44,913 bases of DNA from Lentisphaerota bacterium (lineage in GTDB: Bacteria > Verrucomicrobiota > Kiritimatiellia > RFP12 > JAAYLN01), in NCBI GenBank assembly GCA_012521875.1, contig JAAYLN010000006.1:1-44913 (forward strand). Direction: 5' to 3'. The notes under the pieces were generated by a model, which saw nothing but the letters and a program-made list of their open reading frames with translations, ran no database searches and was not told where the DNA came from. Positions 1 to 8,661 of this stretch are shown here, piece by piece (the stretch's first letter is position 1; each line of letters begins with the position of its first letter). Position numbers and translations under genes: made by a program.

Positions 1-921
1 CAGTTGCATGTGGATACCTCTGATGAGTGGATCCGTTCGCATACGGGTATCGGCTGGCGTCACATCGCCGCACCCGGCCAACCCGCTTCCGACCTGGGGG
101 CGGCCGCTGCACGGGAGGCGCTGGAGCGTGCCAATGTCGATCCGGAATCGGTCGACATGATCATCGTCTCGACGACCACGCCCGACTATATCGGCTGCCC
201 CTCGACGGCCTGCATGATCCAGGACAAGATCGGGGCGGTCAACGCGATGGCCTTCGACATCACGGCGGCCTGCTCGGGCTACGTCTATGGCCTGGCAGTG
301 GCCAAGAGCATGATGCTCAACGGCATGGCACGGCGGACATTGATGATCAGCGCCGAGATTCTCTCGTGCTATACCGACTGGACTGACCGCAACACCTGCG
401 TGCTTTTCGGCGATGGTGCCGGAGCCACACTGCTGGAGCTTTCCGACGACACGGAGCGTGGCCTGCTCGACTTCCTGATGCGGGCGGATGGCAGCGGATG
501 GGAGCACATTGTGACGCGCAATGGCGGAAGCACCCACCCCTTCACCCGCGAAAACATGGCACACAGCGAACCGCCCATCATCGAGATGAAGGGCAAGAAG
601 GTCTATGCCTTTGCCATCAAGGCCCTGCCCGAGGTCATTCAGCAACTGGTCGACAATGCGGGCATCACACTGGACGACGTAAAGTGGATCGTGCCGCACC
701 AGGCCAACGGCCGCATCATCCAGGCGGCTGCCAACCAGATGAAGTTGCCCGAGAGCCGCTTCTACATGAATCTGGAGCAGCGCGCCAACACATCAAGCGC
801 ATCGATCCCCATCGCCCTCTACGATCTGGAGGCCGAAGGTGGTCTGGAGAAGGGCGACCTCGTATTGATTGTCGGTTTCGGCGGGGGACTGACGCTTGGC
901 GCCGCCCTGCTCCGCTGGTAA
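1..921 (+). CDS. fabH: 3-oxoacyl-ACP synthase III (5'-truncated by window edge)
   Basis: DTSDEWI, AACSG (Cys), PHQAN (His), ANTSSASIP (Asn), GFGGGLT motifs; upstream of fabF. Confidence 0.95.
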   Translation, partial: QLHVDTSDEWIRSHTGIGWRHIAAPGQPASDLGAAAAREALERANVDPESVDMIIVSTTTPDYIGCPSTACMIQDKIGAVNAMAFDITAACSGYVYGLAVAKSMMLNGMARRTLMISAEILSCYTDWTDRNTCVLFGDGAGATLLELSDDTERGLLDFLMRADGSGWEHIVTRNGGSTHPFTRENMAHSEPPIIEMKGKKVYAFAIKALPEVIQQLVDNAGITLDDVKWIVPHQANGRIIQAAANQMKLPESRFYMNLEQRANTSSASIPIALYDLEAEGGLEKGDLVLIVGFGGGLTLGAALLRW

Positions 922-940
922 GGGCTGGTGAGGTTCAGGC

Positions 941-2206
941 ATGACAGATAAGAACATGCAGCGCAGGGTTGTCATCACGGGGCTGGGAACGGTCAATCCG
1001 GTCGGCAACGACATTGCCTCCTTCTGGGAAGGCATTCAGCAGGGACGCAGCGGCGTGGGCCGCATCACGCGTTTCGACCCCTCCGCCCTGGAGGTCAAGA
1101 TCGCCGCCGAGGTCAAGGACTTCGACCCTAACCAGTGGATGGATCCCAAGGCCGCCCGCAAGATGGCGCTCTTCTCGCAATACGCGGTGGCCGCGACGGC
1201 CCAGGCACTGCAGGATGCCGGACTTGACCGCGAGTCGATCGATCCCTACCGCACCGGCATCTACATCGGCAACGGCATCGGCGGCTACGAGAGCATCGAG
1301 GAGTCGATGGGCAAGTACTTCGCCCAGGGTCCGCGGCGCATCCTGCCCCTGACCGTGCCGCAGATCATCTCCAACGAGGCCGCCGGCAACATCGCCATGG
1401 CCTTCGGCATCAAGGGCTTCGCGCTGACCAGCGTGACCGCCTGCGCCTCGGGCACGGACGCCCTGGGGGCGGCGCTCGACATGCTGCGCGCCGGCCGCTG
1501 CGACGTCTGCGTCTCGGGCGGCACGGAATCGGCCATCACCGGCTTCGGCATCGGCGGCTTCCAGATCATCCGTGCGCTATCGACCAAGTACAACGACGCA
1601 CCGGAGAAGGCCAGCCGCCCCTTCGACCGCGACCGCGACGGCTTCATTATGGGCGAAGGCGCCGGCATCCTGATTCTCGAGACCCTCGAACATGCATTGG
1701 CGCGCGGCGCCAGGATCTACGCCGAGCTGGCCGGCTACGGCGTCTCGTGCGATGCCTACCACCTGACGGCGCCCGATCCCGAGGGCGAGGGTGGCGCGCG
1801 CGCGATCAGGCTGGCCCTGCAGGACGCGGGAGTCGCTCCGGAGGAGGTGCAGTACTACAACGCCCACGGCACCTCCACGCCGCTCAACGATCCGCTGGAG
1901 ACCAGGATGATCAAGGGCGCGTTCGGCGATCATGCCCGGAAGATGAAGATCTCCAGCACCAAAAGCATGACCGGGCACCTGATCGCCGCCGCGGGCGGGG
2001 TCGAGGCCATCGCCTGCACGCTGGCCATCCGAGACGGCTTCTACCCGCCGACCATCAACCTCGACAACCAGGACATCGAGGGTGGCTGCGATCTGGACTA
2101 TGTACCGAACACCGGCGTCCGGGGCGCGATTGATGTCGCCGTCTCGGGCTCGCTGGGCTTTGGCGGGCACAACGCCGTGGTGGTTATCAGGAAATACGTG
2201 GCATGA
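941..2206 (+). CDS. fabF: 3-oxoacyl-ACP synthase II
   Basis: RRVVITGLG, TACASG, SRPFDRDRDGF, NAHGTST, STKSMTGH, GFGGHN. Confidence 0.96.
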   Translation: MTDKNMQRRVVITGLGTVNPVGNDIASFWEGIQQGRSGVGRITRFDPSALEVKIAAEVKDFDPNQWMDPKAARKMALFSQYAVAATAQALQDAGLDRESIDPYRTGIYIGNGIGGYESIEESMGKYFAQGPRRILPLTVPQIISNEAAGNIAMAFGIKGFALTSVTACASGTDALGAALDMLRAGRCDVCVSGGTESAITGFGIGGFQIIRALSTKYNDAPEKASRPFDRDRDGFIMGEGAGILILETLEHALARGARIYAELAGYGVSCDAYHLTAPDPEGEGGARAIRLALQDAGVAPEEVQYYNAHGTSTPLNDPLETRMIKGAFGDHARKMKISSTKSMTGHLIAAAGGVEAIACTLAIRDGFYPPTINLDNQDIEGGCDLDYVPNTGVRGAIDVAVSGSLGFGGHNAVVVIRKYVA

Positions 2207-2631
2207 GTACGGAAATTACAAAGTTTCTGCCGCATCGCAAACCCTTCCTCTTCGTGGATGAGGTCGAGACGCGTGACGATGGCGTGATCGTGGGATCCTA
2301 CCGTTTCACATCATCGGAGTTTTTCTTTGCCGGCCACTTCCCGGGCTTTCCGGTCGTGCCCGGCGTGATCCTGGTCGAGGCGATGGCGCAGTGCGGCGGT
2401 GCCGGACTGGTGCAGTCGGGCGCCATCCCCTACAAGTATCACTTTTTCATGGCAACGATGAAGGATATCAAGTTCCGGCGCAAGGTAGTTCCGGACGAGA
2501 CAGTACGCTTCGAGATACGCACTCTGCGGGTATCACATAAGATGCTGCGTCAGCAGGGACACTGCTACGTCGGCGACGAGCTGGCGGCGGAGGCCGAGTG
2601 GATGTGCGTCATCACCCCGCAAAGCGCCTAG
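2203..2631 (+). CDS. fabZ: 3-hydroxyacyl-ACP dehydratase
   Basis: [29 protein letters not shown]; ATGA overlap with fabF. Confidence 0.9.
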   Translation: MSTEITKFLPHRKPFLFVDEVETRDDGVIVGSYRFTSSEFFFAGHFPGFPVVPGVILVEAMAQCGGAGLVQSGAIPYKYHFFMATMKDIKFRRKVVPDETVRFEIRTLRVSHKMLRQQGHCYVGDELAAEAEWMCVITPQSA

Positions 2632-2666
2632 CACGGGTTTTTAGGATGTAAGCTGAAGGCATCTGA

Positions 2667-3896
2667 ATGAATCTGCTCTCTACCATGCGAACCATATGGC
2701 TCCCCCTGCTGCTACTGCTGGCCGCCGGGCTGCTGCCGGTGCCGGCGCGCGCCCAGCAGGCAGCGACTCCCCCGCCAGAAATGGCCGAGATGGCCCGCGC
2801 CTTCTACCAGCGCACCCGCGAGCTCTCGGCACAGTACGAAGAGTCGATCAAGACATTGCCCCAGCAGTATCAGCGCGACATCCAGGTGCTGCACGATCAT
2901 TTCCGCAAGCAGGGCAACCTCGATGGCGTGCTGGCAACGGACAAGGAGATGAAACGCTTCGCGGCCGCCCTCACGGCCGAGCACGACCCCTTCGAGCTGA
3001 CTCCCGAAATGCCGGCCGAGGCGATCGTTGCGGCCCCGGCGGAGCTGCGCCAGTTGCAGGAGCAGTACGTCGGCCGCTTCAAGGCCGCCGCAACGCACCG
3101 GCTGCGTGAAATCCGCGATCTCGCCACCAAGTATCTCGGCGGCCTGCAAAAGCTTCAGGTGGATCTGACCCGCGCCGGACGCATCGCGGAGGCCGTGGCC
3201 GTCAAGCAGGAGGCGGATCGTCTGCAAAAGGGCGTCGAGACTGGCAACCTGCTGCAGATCGTGGAGCAGAGGGCGCTGGGGAACCAGGCGGGGAGCAGCG
3301 ATGGCGTCACCAGGCCGGGATCCACCACCTCGTCGGATGCAACACCCGTTTACGGCAGTGTACCGAACTGGGCACGCTGGAACTATGTCGGCAGCAACCG
3401 CTTCGCACGCGAGCGTACCCAGTATACCAACCCCGATCTACCCGACGAACTGAACGTCACCTTCACCGAGCGCACGGGAAGGGGACGCTTCTGGGGACGC
3501 TGCAATTACGGCCCGCGGCAGGTCGGCATAGGCATCTGCAACTGGTTCGGCAAGGCGCTCGTCTGGAAGGTGCCCGACACCAGCACGATGACCGCCTCTT
3601 TTGTGCTCACCTCACAGCATCTCTCGGCCGGCCAGGATCACGGCCCCGCCGCCCAGCTTGCGGTACTGGCCAACGGCACGGTGCTGCGCGCCATCAATGT
3701 CAATCTCTTCGAACGCGAGACCACGCTGCGGGTGGTCAAGGATCCCCGTTCGGACCGCTGCGCGCTGCTCTGGCCGCGCGGCCGCATCACGGAGACCTTC
3801 GAACTGCCTGCCAACAGCGAAATCAGCCTGCTGCTCGGAGTGACCGTCCGCAATCCGGGTGAACTCTGCGACACCTCGCTGGCACTGCAGCCATAA
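2667..3896 (+). CDS. Exported hypothetical protein (signal peptide, duplicated helical domain, beta-rich C-terminal domain)
   Basis: Hydrophobic N-terminus ending PARA|QQ; internal helical repeat; host-like codon usage. Confidence 0.8.
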   Translation: MNLLSTMRTIWLPLLLLLAAGLLPVPARAQQAATPPPEMAEMARAFYQRTRELSAQYEESIKTLPQQYQRDIQVLHDHFRKQGNLDGVLATDKEMKRFAAALTAEHDPFELTPEMPAEAIVAAPAELRQLQEQYVGRFKAAATHRLREIRDLATKYLGGLQKLQVDLTRAGRIAEAVAVKQEADRLQKGVETGNLLQIVEQRALGNQAGSSDGVTRPGSTTSSDATPVYGSVPNWARWNYVGSNRFARERTQYTNPDLPDELNVTFTERTGRGRFWGRCNYGPRQVGIGICNWFGKALVWKVPDTSTMTASFVLTSQHLSAGQDHGPAAQLAVLANGTVLRAINVNLFERETTLRVVKDPRSDRCALLWPRGRITETFELPANSEISLLLGVTVRNPGELCDTSLALQP

Positions 3897-3934
3897 ATCC
3901 GCCCCAGTGGCGTGCAACCTCCAGAGCCGTAACC

Positions 3935-4402
3935 ATGTCAGAAACCACTCCACTCCAGATCGGCGCCGAGGGGGTCGATGTCGATGCCATCGTCCGCGAG
4001 CTGCGGGAACGCGTGGCGGAACGCCGCGCGCGCGGCGAGTACGACGAGGCCACCGTGGCCCGTGCCGAGCGCTTCAACCTCGCCAACCTCAAGGACGATG
4101 CCCAGTTTCTGGAGCGCTACCTGACCTGCCTGCGGCAGGCGGTGCAGGTGGACATCGACGACTTCGATATCGTCGAGCGCCGCGCGCGCCTCGCCCCGCT
4201 GCTGAAGCGCCTCAAGCGCGGCATCTGGTGCCTGCTGCGCTTCTATACCTACCGCCTCTGGTCGCAGCAGAACCAGATCAACGGCATGCTGCTGGCCGCC
4301 ACCGAGATCATCGCCACGCGCGACCAGGAGCGGCTGGACCGGATCGAGGCGCGTCTCAGCGAGATAGAGGCACGCCTCGACGCCGCCGGCAAGTCCTCAT
4401 GA
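3935..4402 (+). CDS. Hypothetical coiled-coil protein associated with glycosyltransferase
   Basis: 155-aa ORF, LKRGIWCLLRFYTYRLWSQQNQIN segment followed by coiled coil; ATGA overlap with the GT gene. Confidence 0.75.
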   Translation: MSETTPLQIGAEGVDVDAIVRELRERVAERRARGEYDEATVARAERFNLANLKDDAQFLERYLTCLRQAVQVDIDDFDIVERRARLAPLLKRLKRGIWCLLRFYTYRLWSQQNQINGMLLAATEIIATRDQERLDRIEARLSEIEARLDAAGKSS

Positions 4403-5613
4403 ACACCGCCCCGCATGACACCGCCCGCCGGCAACTGCCGCGGATCGCCTTTGTCGCGCCGCGCCTCGCAGTGGACGGCGCAGTGGGCGGGGCCGAGACG
4501 CTCCTCTTCAATCTGGCACAACTGGCCCGCGATGCCGGCTGCGACGTCACCTTCCTGACCACCTGCGCCCGCGACCACCACACCTGGGAGAATCTCCTGC
4601 CGCCCGGCGAGACGCGGCACGAGGGTGTGCGCGTGATCCGCTTTCCGGTCAATACGGACCGCGACATCGAGACCTTCCTGCGCATACAAGAGGCCATCTG
4701 CACCGGTACGGCGGTGAGCGATGCCGACGAGGAGCTGTGGCTGGCCAACAGCGTCAACAGCCGCGCGCTCGAGGAGCACCTGCGCACAAACACGGCCGCC
4801 TACGACCGCATCGTCACCGGCCCCTACCTCTTCGGCCTCACCGTCGCGGCAGCGGCGGTGGCGCCGGAACGCACGCTGCTGGTGCCCTGTCTGCACGACG
4901 AGCCCTTCGCGCGCGTGCGGCGCATTGCGCGTCTCTTCCGCGAGGTGCGCGGCTGCATCTTCAACACGGAGCCCGAACGCGAGCTGGCGGTACGGCTCTT
5001 CGGGGCGGAACTGACCGCCCCCGGACGTTCCGCCGAAATCGTCGGCTTCGCGCTTGAGCCGTTCAACTGCGACCCGGCGGGCGCCGCACGGCTGGGGGTG
5101 ACCGCGCCCTACATCCTCTACTGCGGACGCCGCGAACTGCTGAAGGGCACCCCGCTGCTGGTCGACTACTGGGCCGCCTTCCGGCGCATCACGGGGCGCG
5201 ACATCAAGCTGGTGCTGACCGGCAGCGGTACCGTTGATGTGCCCAATGGACTCAACGCGCACCTGATCGACCTGGGGTTTGTCAGCGAGCAGGCGAAGCA
5301 CGACCTCATGGCCGGGGCCGTGGCCTTTTGCCACGCCTCGGTCAACGAGAGCCTCGGCATCGTGCTGCTGGAGAGCTGGCTCGCGGGACGCCCCGTGCTG
5401 GTGCATGACCGCGGCGTGGTGCTCCGCGAGCAGACGCGCCGGGCACGCGGCGGCCTCTGGTTCCGCGACTACCCGGAGTTCCAGGAGTGCCTGAACCTGC
5501 TGCTCGACCAGCCGGAACTTGCAGCGGCCCTGGGCGCCGGCGGCCGCGAATTCACACTGCGCGAGTACGCACCCGCCGCCGTGCAGGCGCGGCTGCTCGA
5601 GGCGTTGCGCTAG
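4399..5613 (+). CDS. Glycosyltransferase family 4 (GT-B)
   Basis: GGAE near N-terminus, YCGRRELLKG, ESLGIVLLESW (EX7E); true start taken as ATG 4399, not the 3859 ORF start. Confidence 0.9.
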   Translation: MNTAPHDTARRQLPRIAFVAPRLAVDGAVGGAETLLFNLAQLARDAGCDVTFLTTCARDHHTWENLLPPGETRHEGVRVIRFPVNTDRDIETFLRIQEAICTGTAVSDADEELWLANSVNSRALEEHLRTNTAAYDRIVTGPYLFGLTVAAAAVAPERTLLVPCLHDEPFARVRRIARLFREVRGCIFNTEPERELAVRLFGAELTAPGRSAEIVGFALEPFNCDPAGAARLGVTAPYILYCGRRELLKGTPLLVDYWAAFRRITGRDIKLVLTGSGTVDVPNGLNAHLIDLGFVSEQAKHDLMAGAVAFCHASVNESLGIVLLESWLAGRPVLVHDRGVVLREQTRRARGGLWFRDYPEFQECLNLLLDQPELAAALGAGGREFTLREYAPAAVQARLLEALR

Positions 5614-5637
5614 ATCCAGCGAACAAGGAATTCGACC

Positions 5638-6366
5638 ATGGCAGAGGCTGTCAAAGTCAAGGACATCGGAGCGGGCGGCGGCGCCTTCCGCAAGTACTGC
5701 CGTCTGGTGCATGGCGACGTGGCGCTCTGGCGCGTCTTCCGCAACGAGCTGCTGGTGCTGCTCTTCTCCAACATTCCCGGCGCGCTGGGCATCGTCCTGC
5801 GGCGCATCTTCTACCCCTGCATGTTCCGCTCCTGCGGCGGCGGGGTGGTCTTCGGGCGCAGCGTCACCCTGCGCCACACGCACAAGATCGACCTGGGACG
5901 CGGCTGCATCATAGACGACTTCTCCCTGCTCGACGCCAAGGGCGAGACCAACAACGGCTTGTCGCTGGGCGCGGGTGTCTATGTCGGACGCCACTCGTCG
6001 GTCTACTGCAAGAACGGCGACATCGTGCTGGGCGACCGCGTCAACATCTCCTCCCACTGCACGCTCTTCTCCTCCAACCGCCTGCAGGTGGGGGAAGGCT
6101 GCATGATCGGCGCCTACTGCTACTTCCTCAGCGGCGGCGAGTACGACTACAAGGACGCCACCCCCTTCGCCGATCAGCTTGGCATGGGCACACGCGGCGA
6201 GCTCACCATCGGCGACGACTGCTGGTTCGGTACCCGCGTGACGCTGCTGGATGCCGCCTCGGTCGGCAAGCGCTGCGTCATCGCGGCCGGCGCGGTGGTC
6301 ACCAGGCCGGTGCCCGACCGCCGGCTTGCCATGGGCGTGCCGGCCCGAGTCATACGTGAGATATAG
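5638..6366 (+). CDS. Hexapeptide-repeat (LbH) O-acyltransferase
   Basis: Repeated [LIV]G..[CV].I hexapeptides, IGDDCWFG, IAAGAVVT, GVPARVIR. Confidence 0.88.
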   Translation: MAEAVKVKDIGAGGGAFRKYCRLVHGDVALWRVFRNELLVLLFSNIPGALGIVLRRIFYPCMFRSCGGGVVFGRSVTLRHTHKIDLGRGCIIDDFSLLDAKGETNNGLSLGAGVYVGRHSSVYCKNGDIVLGDRVNISSHCTLFSSNRLQVGEGCMIGAYCYFLSGGEYDYKDATPFADQLGMGTRGELTIGDDCWFGTRVTLLDAASVGKRCVIAAGAVVTRPVPDRRLAMGVPARVIREI

Positions 6367-6418
6367 CCGGGGATACCACGCGCTAGTAAAGAACCGACCT
6401 GTCTGATGAATCAGTTTA

Positions 6419-6460
6419 CGACAAAGTTACCGAGAAAGCTCGCGACAAAGTGGCGTCTCT
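6419..6460. repeat. 12-bp-period CGACAAAG module (copies also at 8456-8489, 13677-13707, 28440-28490, 29104-29140, 32262-32313)
   Basis: CGACAAAGTTACCGAGAAAGCTCGCGACAAAGTGGCGTCTC; reverse complement found at 28440 and 32262. Confidence 0.85.
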
Positions 6461-6471
6461 CACCCTTTCCA

Positions 6472-6493
6472 GCCGCCCCGCGGGGGCGGTGGC
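6472..6493. repeat. GC-rich palindrome module (copies at 13371-13394, 25611-25634, 33902-33925, 34810-34833)
   Basis: GCCGCCCCGCGGGGGCGGTGGC; family consensus GCCGCCGCCCYGCRGGGCGGCGGC. Confidence 0.7.
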
Positions 6494-6505
6494 GTTAATG
6501 AAGAC

Positions 6506-7477
6506 ATGAAGCGTACCCTACAGTTCCTGGCCAAGGCCGCCGTCAGCGCGGGGCTAATATTCCTGCTCTACCGCCGCGTCGATCTCGCCGCACTGCGCGA
6601 ACATCTCCGCCACGCGAACCCCCTCTGGCTGGCGCTCTTCTTCGTGCTGCTGGCGGCCAATACGCTGATCAGCTCCATCAAGTGGCGCCTGCTGCTGGCC
6701 GCCGACAACCTTGTCCAGCCCCTGGGACGTCTCTTCGCCAGCCACCTGACCGGTTCCTTCTTCAACCTCTTCCTGCCCTCGAGCATCGGCGGCGACGCCT
6801 ACCGCATCGCGGATATCGGGCGGCACACCTCGGGCACCGCCCGTACCGCCGCCTCGATCCTGGCCGACCGCCTGACCGGCTTCCTGGCCCTCGCCATCTA
6901 CGGGCTGGTCTCCGCCTTCGTGGCGCGCGGCTCCATTCCCAACTGGAACGACCGCTTCCTGCTGCTGCCCGCTGCCGCCCTTGCGGGGCTCATCGTCCTC
7001 TTTGCGGCGCTGATCCAGCAGAAGTGGCTCCGCCGCATCGTCACGCGGCTTCCCCGGCGTCTCCGCGCACCGGTGCTGTCCGTGACAGACAAGATCCTCG
7101 ACTCGTTCCAGGCCTACTCGCAGCGCCCAGCCGTATGGTTCCAGGCGCTTCTGATCTCCTTCGTCTTCCAGGGCTGCGCCATCCTCGCCATCTTCTCGCT
7201 GGGACAGGCCCTCGGGCTCGGCGTGCCGCTGGCCCCCTTCTGCTTCTTCGTCCCCATTATCACGCTGATGGAGATGATCCCCATCTCGATCTTCGGCATC
7301 GGGCTGCGCGACACCGGCTACGGCTGGTTCATGCAGGCCGTCGGACGCGGGGCTAACGAGGCGGCCGCGCTCTCCATACTCTATGTCGCCGCCACGCTGC
7401 TCTACGTCTCGTTCGGCGGCCTGATCTTTGTCTGCCGCCGCCAGCCCCTGCCGGCGGCAAAACCAACTCGGGAGTAA
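6506..7477 (+). CDS. Lysylphosphatidylglycerol synthase TM / flippase-like (UPF0104) membrane protein
   Basis: Multiple TM segments; KWRLLL, FFNLFLPSSIGGDAYR, ILADRLTG, PISIFGIGLRD. Confidence 0.85.
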   Translation: MKRTLQFLAKAAVSAGLIFLLYRRVDLAALREHLRHANPLWLALFFVLLAANTLISSIKWRLLLAADNLVQPLGRLFASHLTGSFFNLFLPSSIGGDAYRIADIGRHTSGTARTAASILADRLTGFLALAIYGLVSAFVARGSIPNWNDRFLLLPAAALAGLIVLFAALIQQKWLRRIVTRLPRRLRAPVLSVTDKILDSFQAYSQRPAVWFQALLISFVFQGCAILAIFSLGQALGLGVPLAPFCFFVPIITLMEMIPISIFGIGLRDTGYGWFMQAVGRGANEAAALSILYVAATLLYVSFGGLIFVCRRQPLPAAKPTRE

Positions 7478-7480
7478 AGG

Positions 7481-8410
7481 GTGGAAAACGGCTACTTCGA
7501 CCTTCAGGTAAACGGCTACGGCGGCGTCGATCTCAATAGTGACGGCATCACCGACGACGAGATCGAGCAGATGTGCGCGCACCTCGCGGATGACGGAGTG
7601 GACGGCATCCTGGCTACCATCATCACCGCCCCGGTTCCCGACATGGTACGGCGCATTGCCAGAGTCGTGGCCGCCCGCGAGGCGCGCCCCGCCATCCGTC
7701 AGCGCATCGCCGGCATCCACATCGAGGGACCCTTCATCAACCCGGCGGCCGGCTACCGCGGCGCCCACGATGCGCAGGCGATCATTCCGCCCGCGCTGGA
7801 CGAGGTCAAGCGCCTCCACGACGCCTGCGGCGGCCTGTTGCGCATCCTGACGCTGGCACCCGAATGCGACGAGGGCTTCGCGGCCACCCGCTGGCTGGCC
7901 GGTCAGGGCGTGGTGGTCTCGGCCGGCCACTGCGACCCATCGCTCGAGACGCTGCAGGGCGCGGCCGATGCCGGCCTCACGCTCTTCACCCACACGGGCA
8001 ACGGCTGTCCCATGCTGATGCACCGCCACGACAACGTCATCCAGCGCGCGCTCGCGCTGCACGACCGGCTGACCCTCTGCTTCATTGCCGACGGCGTACA
8101 CATCCCCTTCTTCGCACTGGGCAACTACCTGCGCGCCTGCGGCATTGAAAACGCCGTTGTCGTCACCGACGCCATGCAGGCGGCCGGCATGGGACCGGGG
8201 CTCTACGGTATCGGCGCCTTCCAGGTGCTGGTAGGCGAGGATCTGGCCGCCTGGGCACCGGACCGCTCGCATCTTGTCGGCTCGGCCGGCACGATGAAGC
8301 GCACCGCCGCCAACCTGCGCGACAAGATGGGCCTTGCCGAAGAGGATGTGAGGCGGCTGACCTGCATCAATCCGCGGCGCGTGCTGGAGAGGTGCGCCAA
8401 GGGCGCGTGA
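7481..8410 (+). CDS. nagA: N-acetylglucosamine-6-phosphate deacetylase
   Basis: FDLQVNGYGG, GIHIEGPF, TLAPE, SAGH, THTGNG, IADGVH, VTDAM; GTG start. Confidence 0.88.
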   Translation: MENGYFDLQVNGYGGVDLNSDGITDDEIEQMCAHLADDGVDGILATIITAPVPDMVRRIARVVAAREARPAIRQRIAGIHIEGPFINPAAGYRGAHDAQAIIPPALDEVKRLHDACGGLLRILTLAPECDEGFAATRWLAGQGVVVSAGHCDPSLETLQGAADAGLTLFTHTGNGCPMLMHRHDNVIQRALALHDRLTLCFIADGVHIPFFALGNYLRACGIENAVVVTDAMQAAGMGPGLYGIGAFQVLVGEDLAAWAPDRSHLVGSAGTMKRTAANLRDKMGLAEEDVRRLTCINPRRVLERCAKGA

Positions 8411-8422
8411 GGAAGCGACTGC

Positions 8423-8489
8423 ACACTTAGTCGCCTTACGCCTACTCTTTCGTTTTCGACAAAGTGACCGACAAAGCTCGCGACAAAGT
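8423..8489. repeat. Repeat modules at the left edge of the methylase island
   Basis: ACACTTAGTCGCC (same unit as the 29247 array) followed by three CGACAAAG units. Confidence 0.8.
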
Positions 8490-8576
8490 AGGGGCTGCGG
8501 TCTCACTCGCTCTCCATGCACCATCCGCGCGCCTCCCCTGTCCACTGGCCGATTACCGTCAACCACAACTATGTGT

Positions 8577-8605
8577 TTGAGACTCGCCTTCAGATTGCCT
8601 ATAAT
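8577..8605 (+). promoter_or_regulatory. sigma70-type promoter of the methylase operon
   Basis: TTGAGA (8577-8582), 17-nt spacer, TATAAT (8600-8605). Confidence 0.7.
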
Positions 8606-8661
8606 CGGTCTGAATTGATGCCACAAGAGTGACACAATCGTGTTTCGAGGGTATTATTAGC

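Noticed and set aside
3859-4398. N-terminal 180 aa of the 584-aa ORF 3859..5613
   Set aside because: Overlaps the real 3935..4402 gene in another frame; GT4 homology starts at ATG 4399
4249-8635. Long minus-strand ORFs (4249..6057, 6554..8635) and similar antisense ORFs at 24083..25375, 26878..28374, 36015..37772, 38360..39919, 41353..43104
   Set aside because: Shadow ORFs opposite well-supported genes, expected in high-GC DNA; no recognisable motifs
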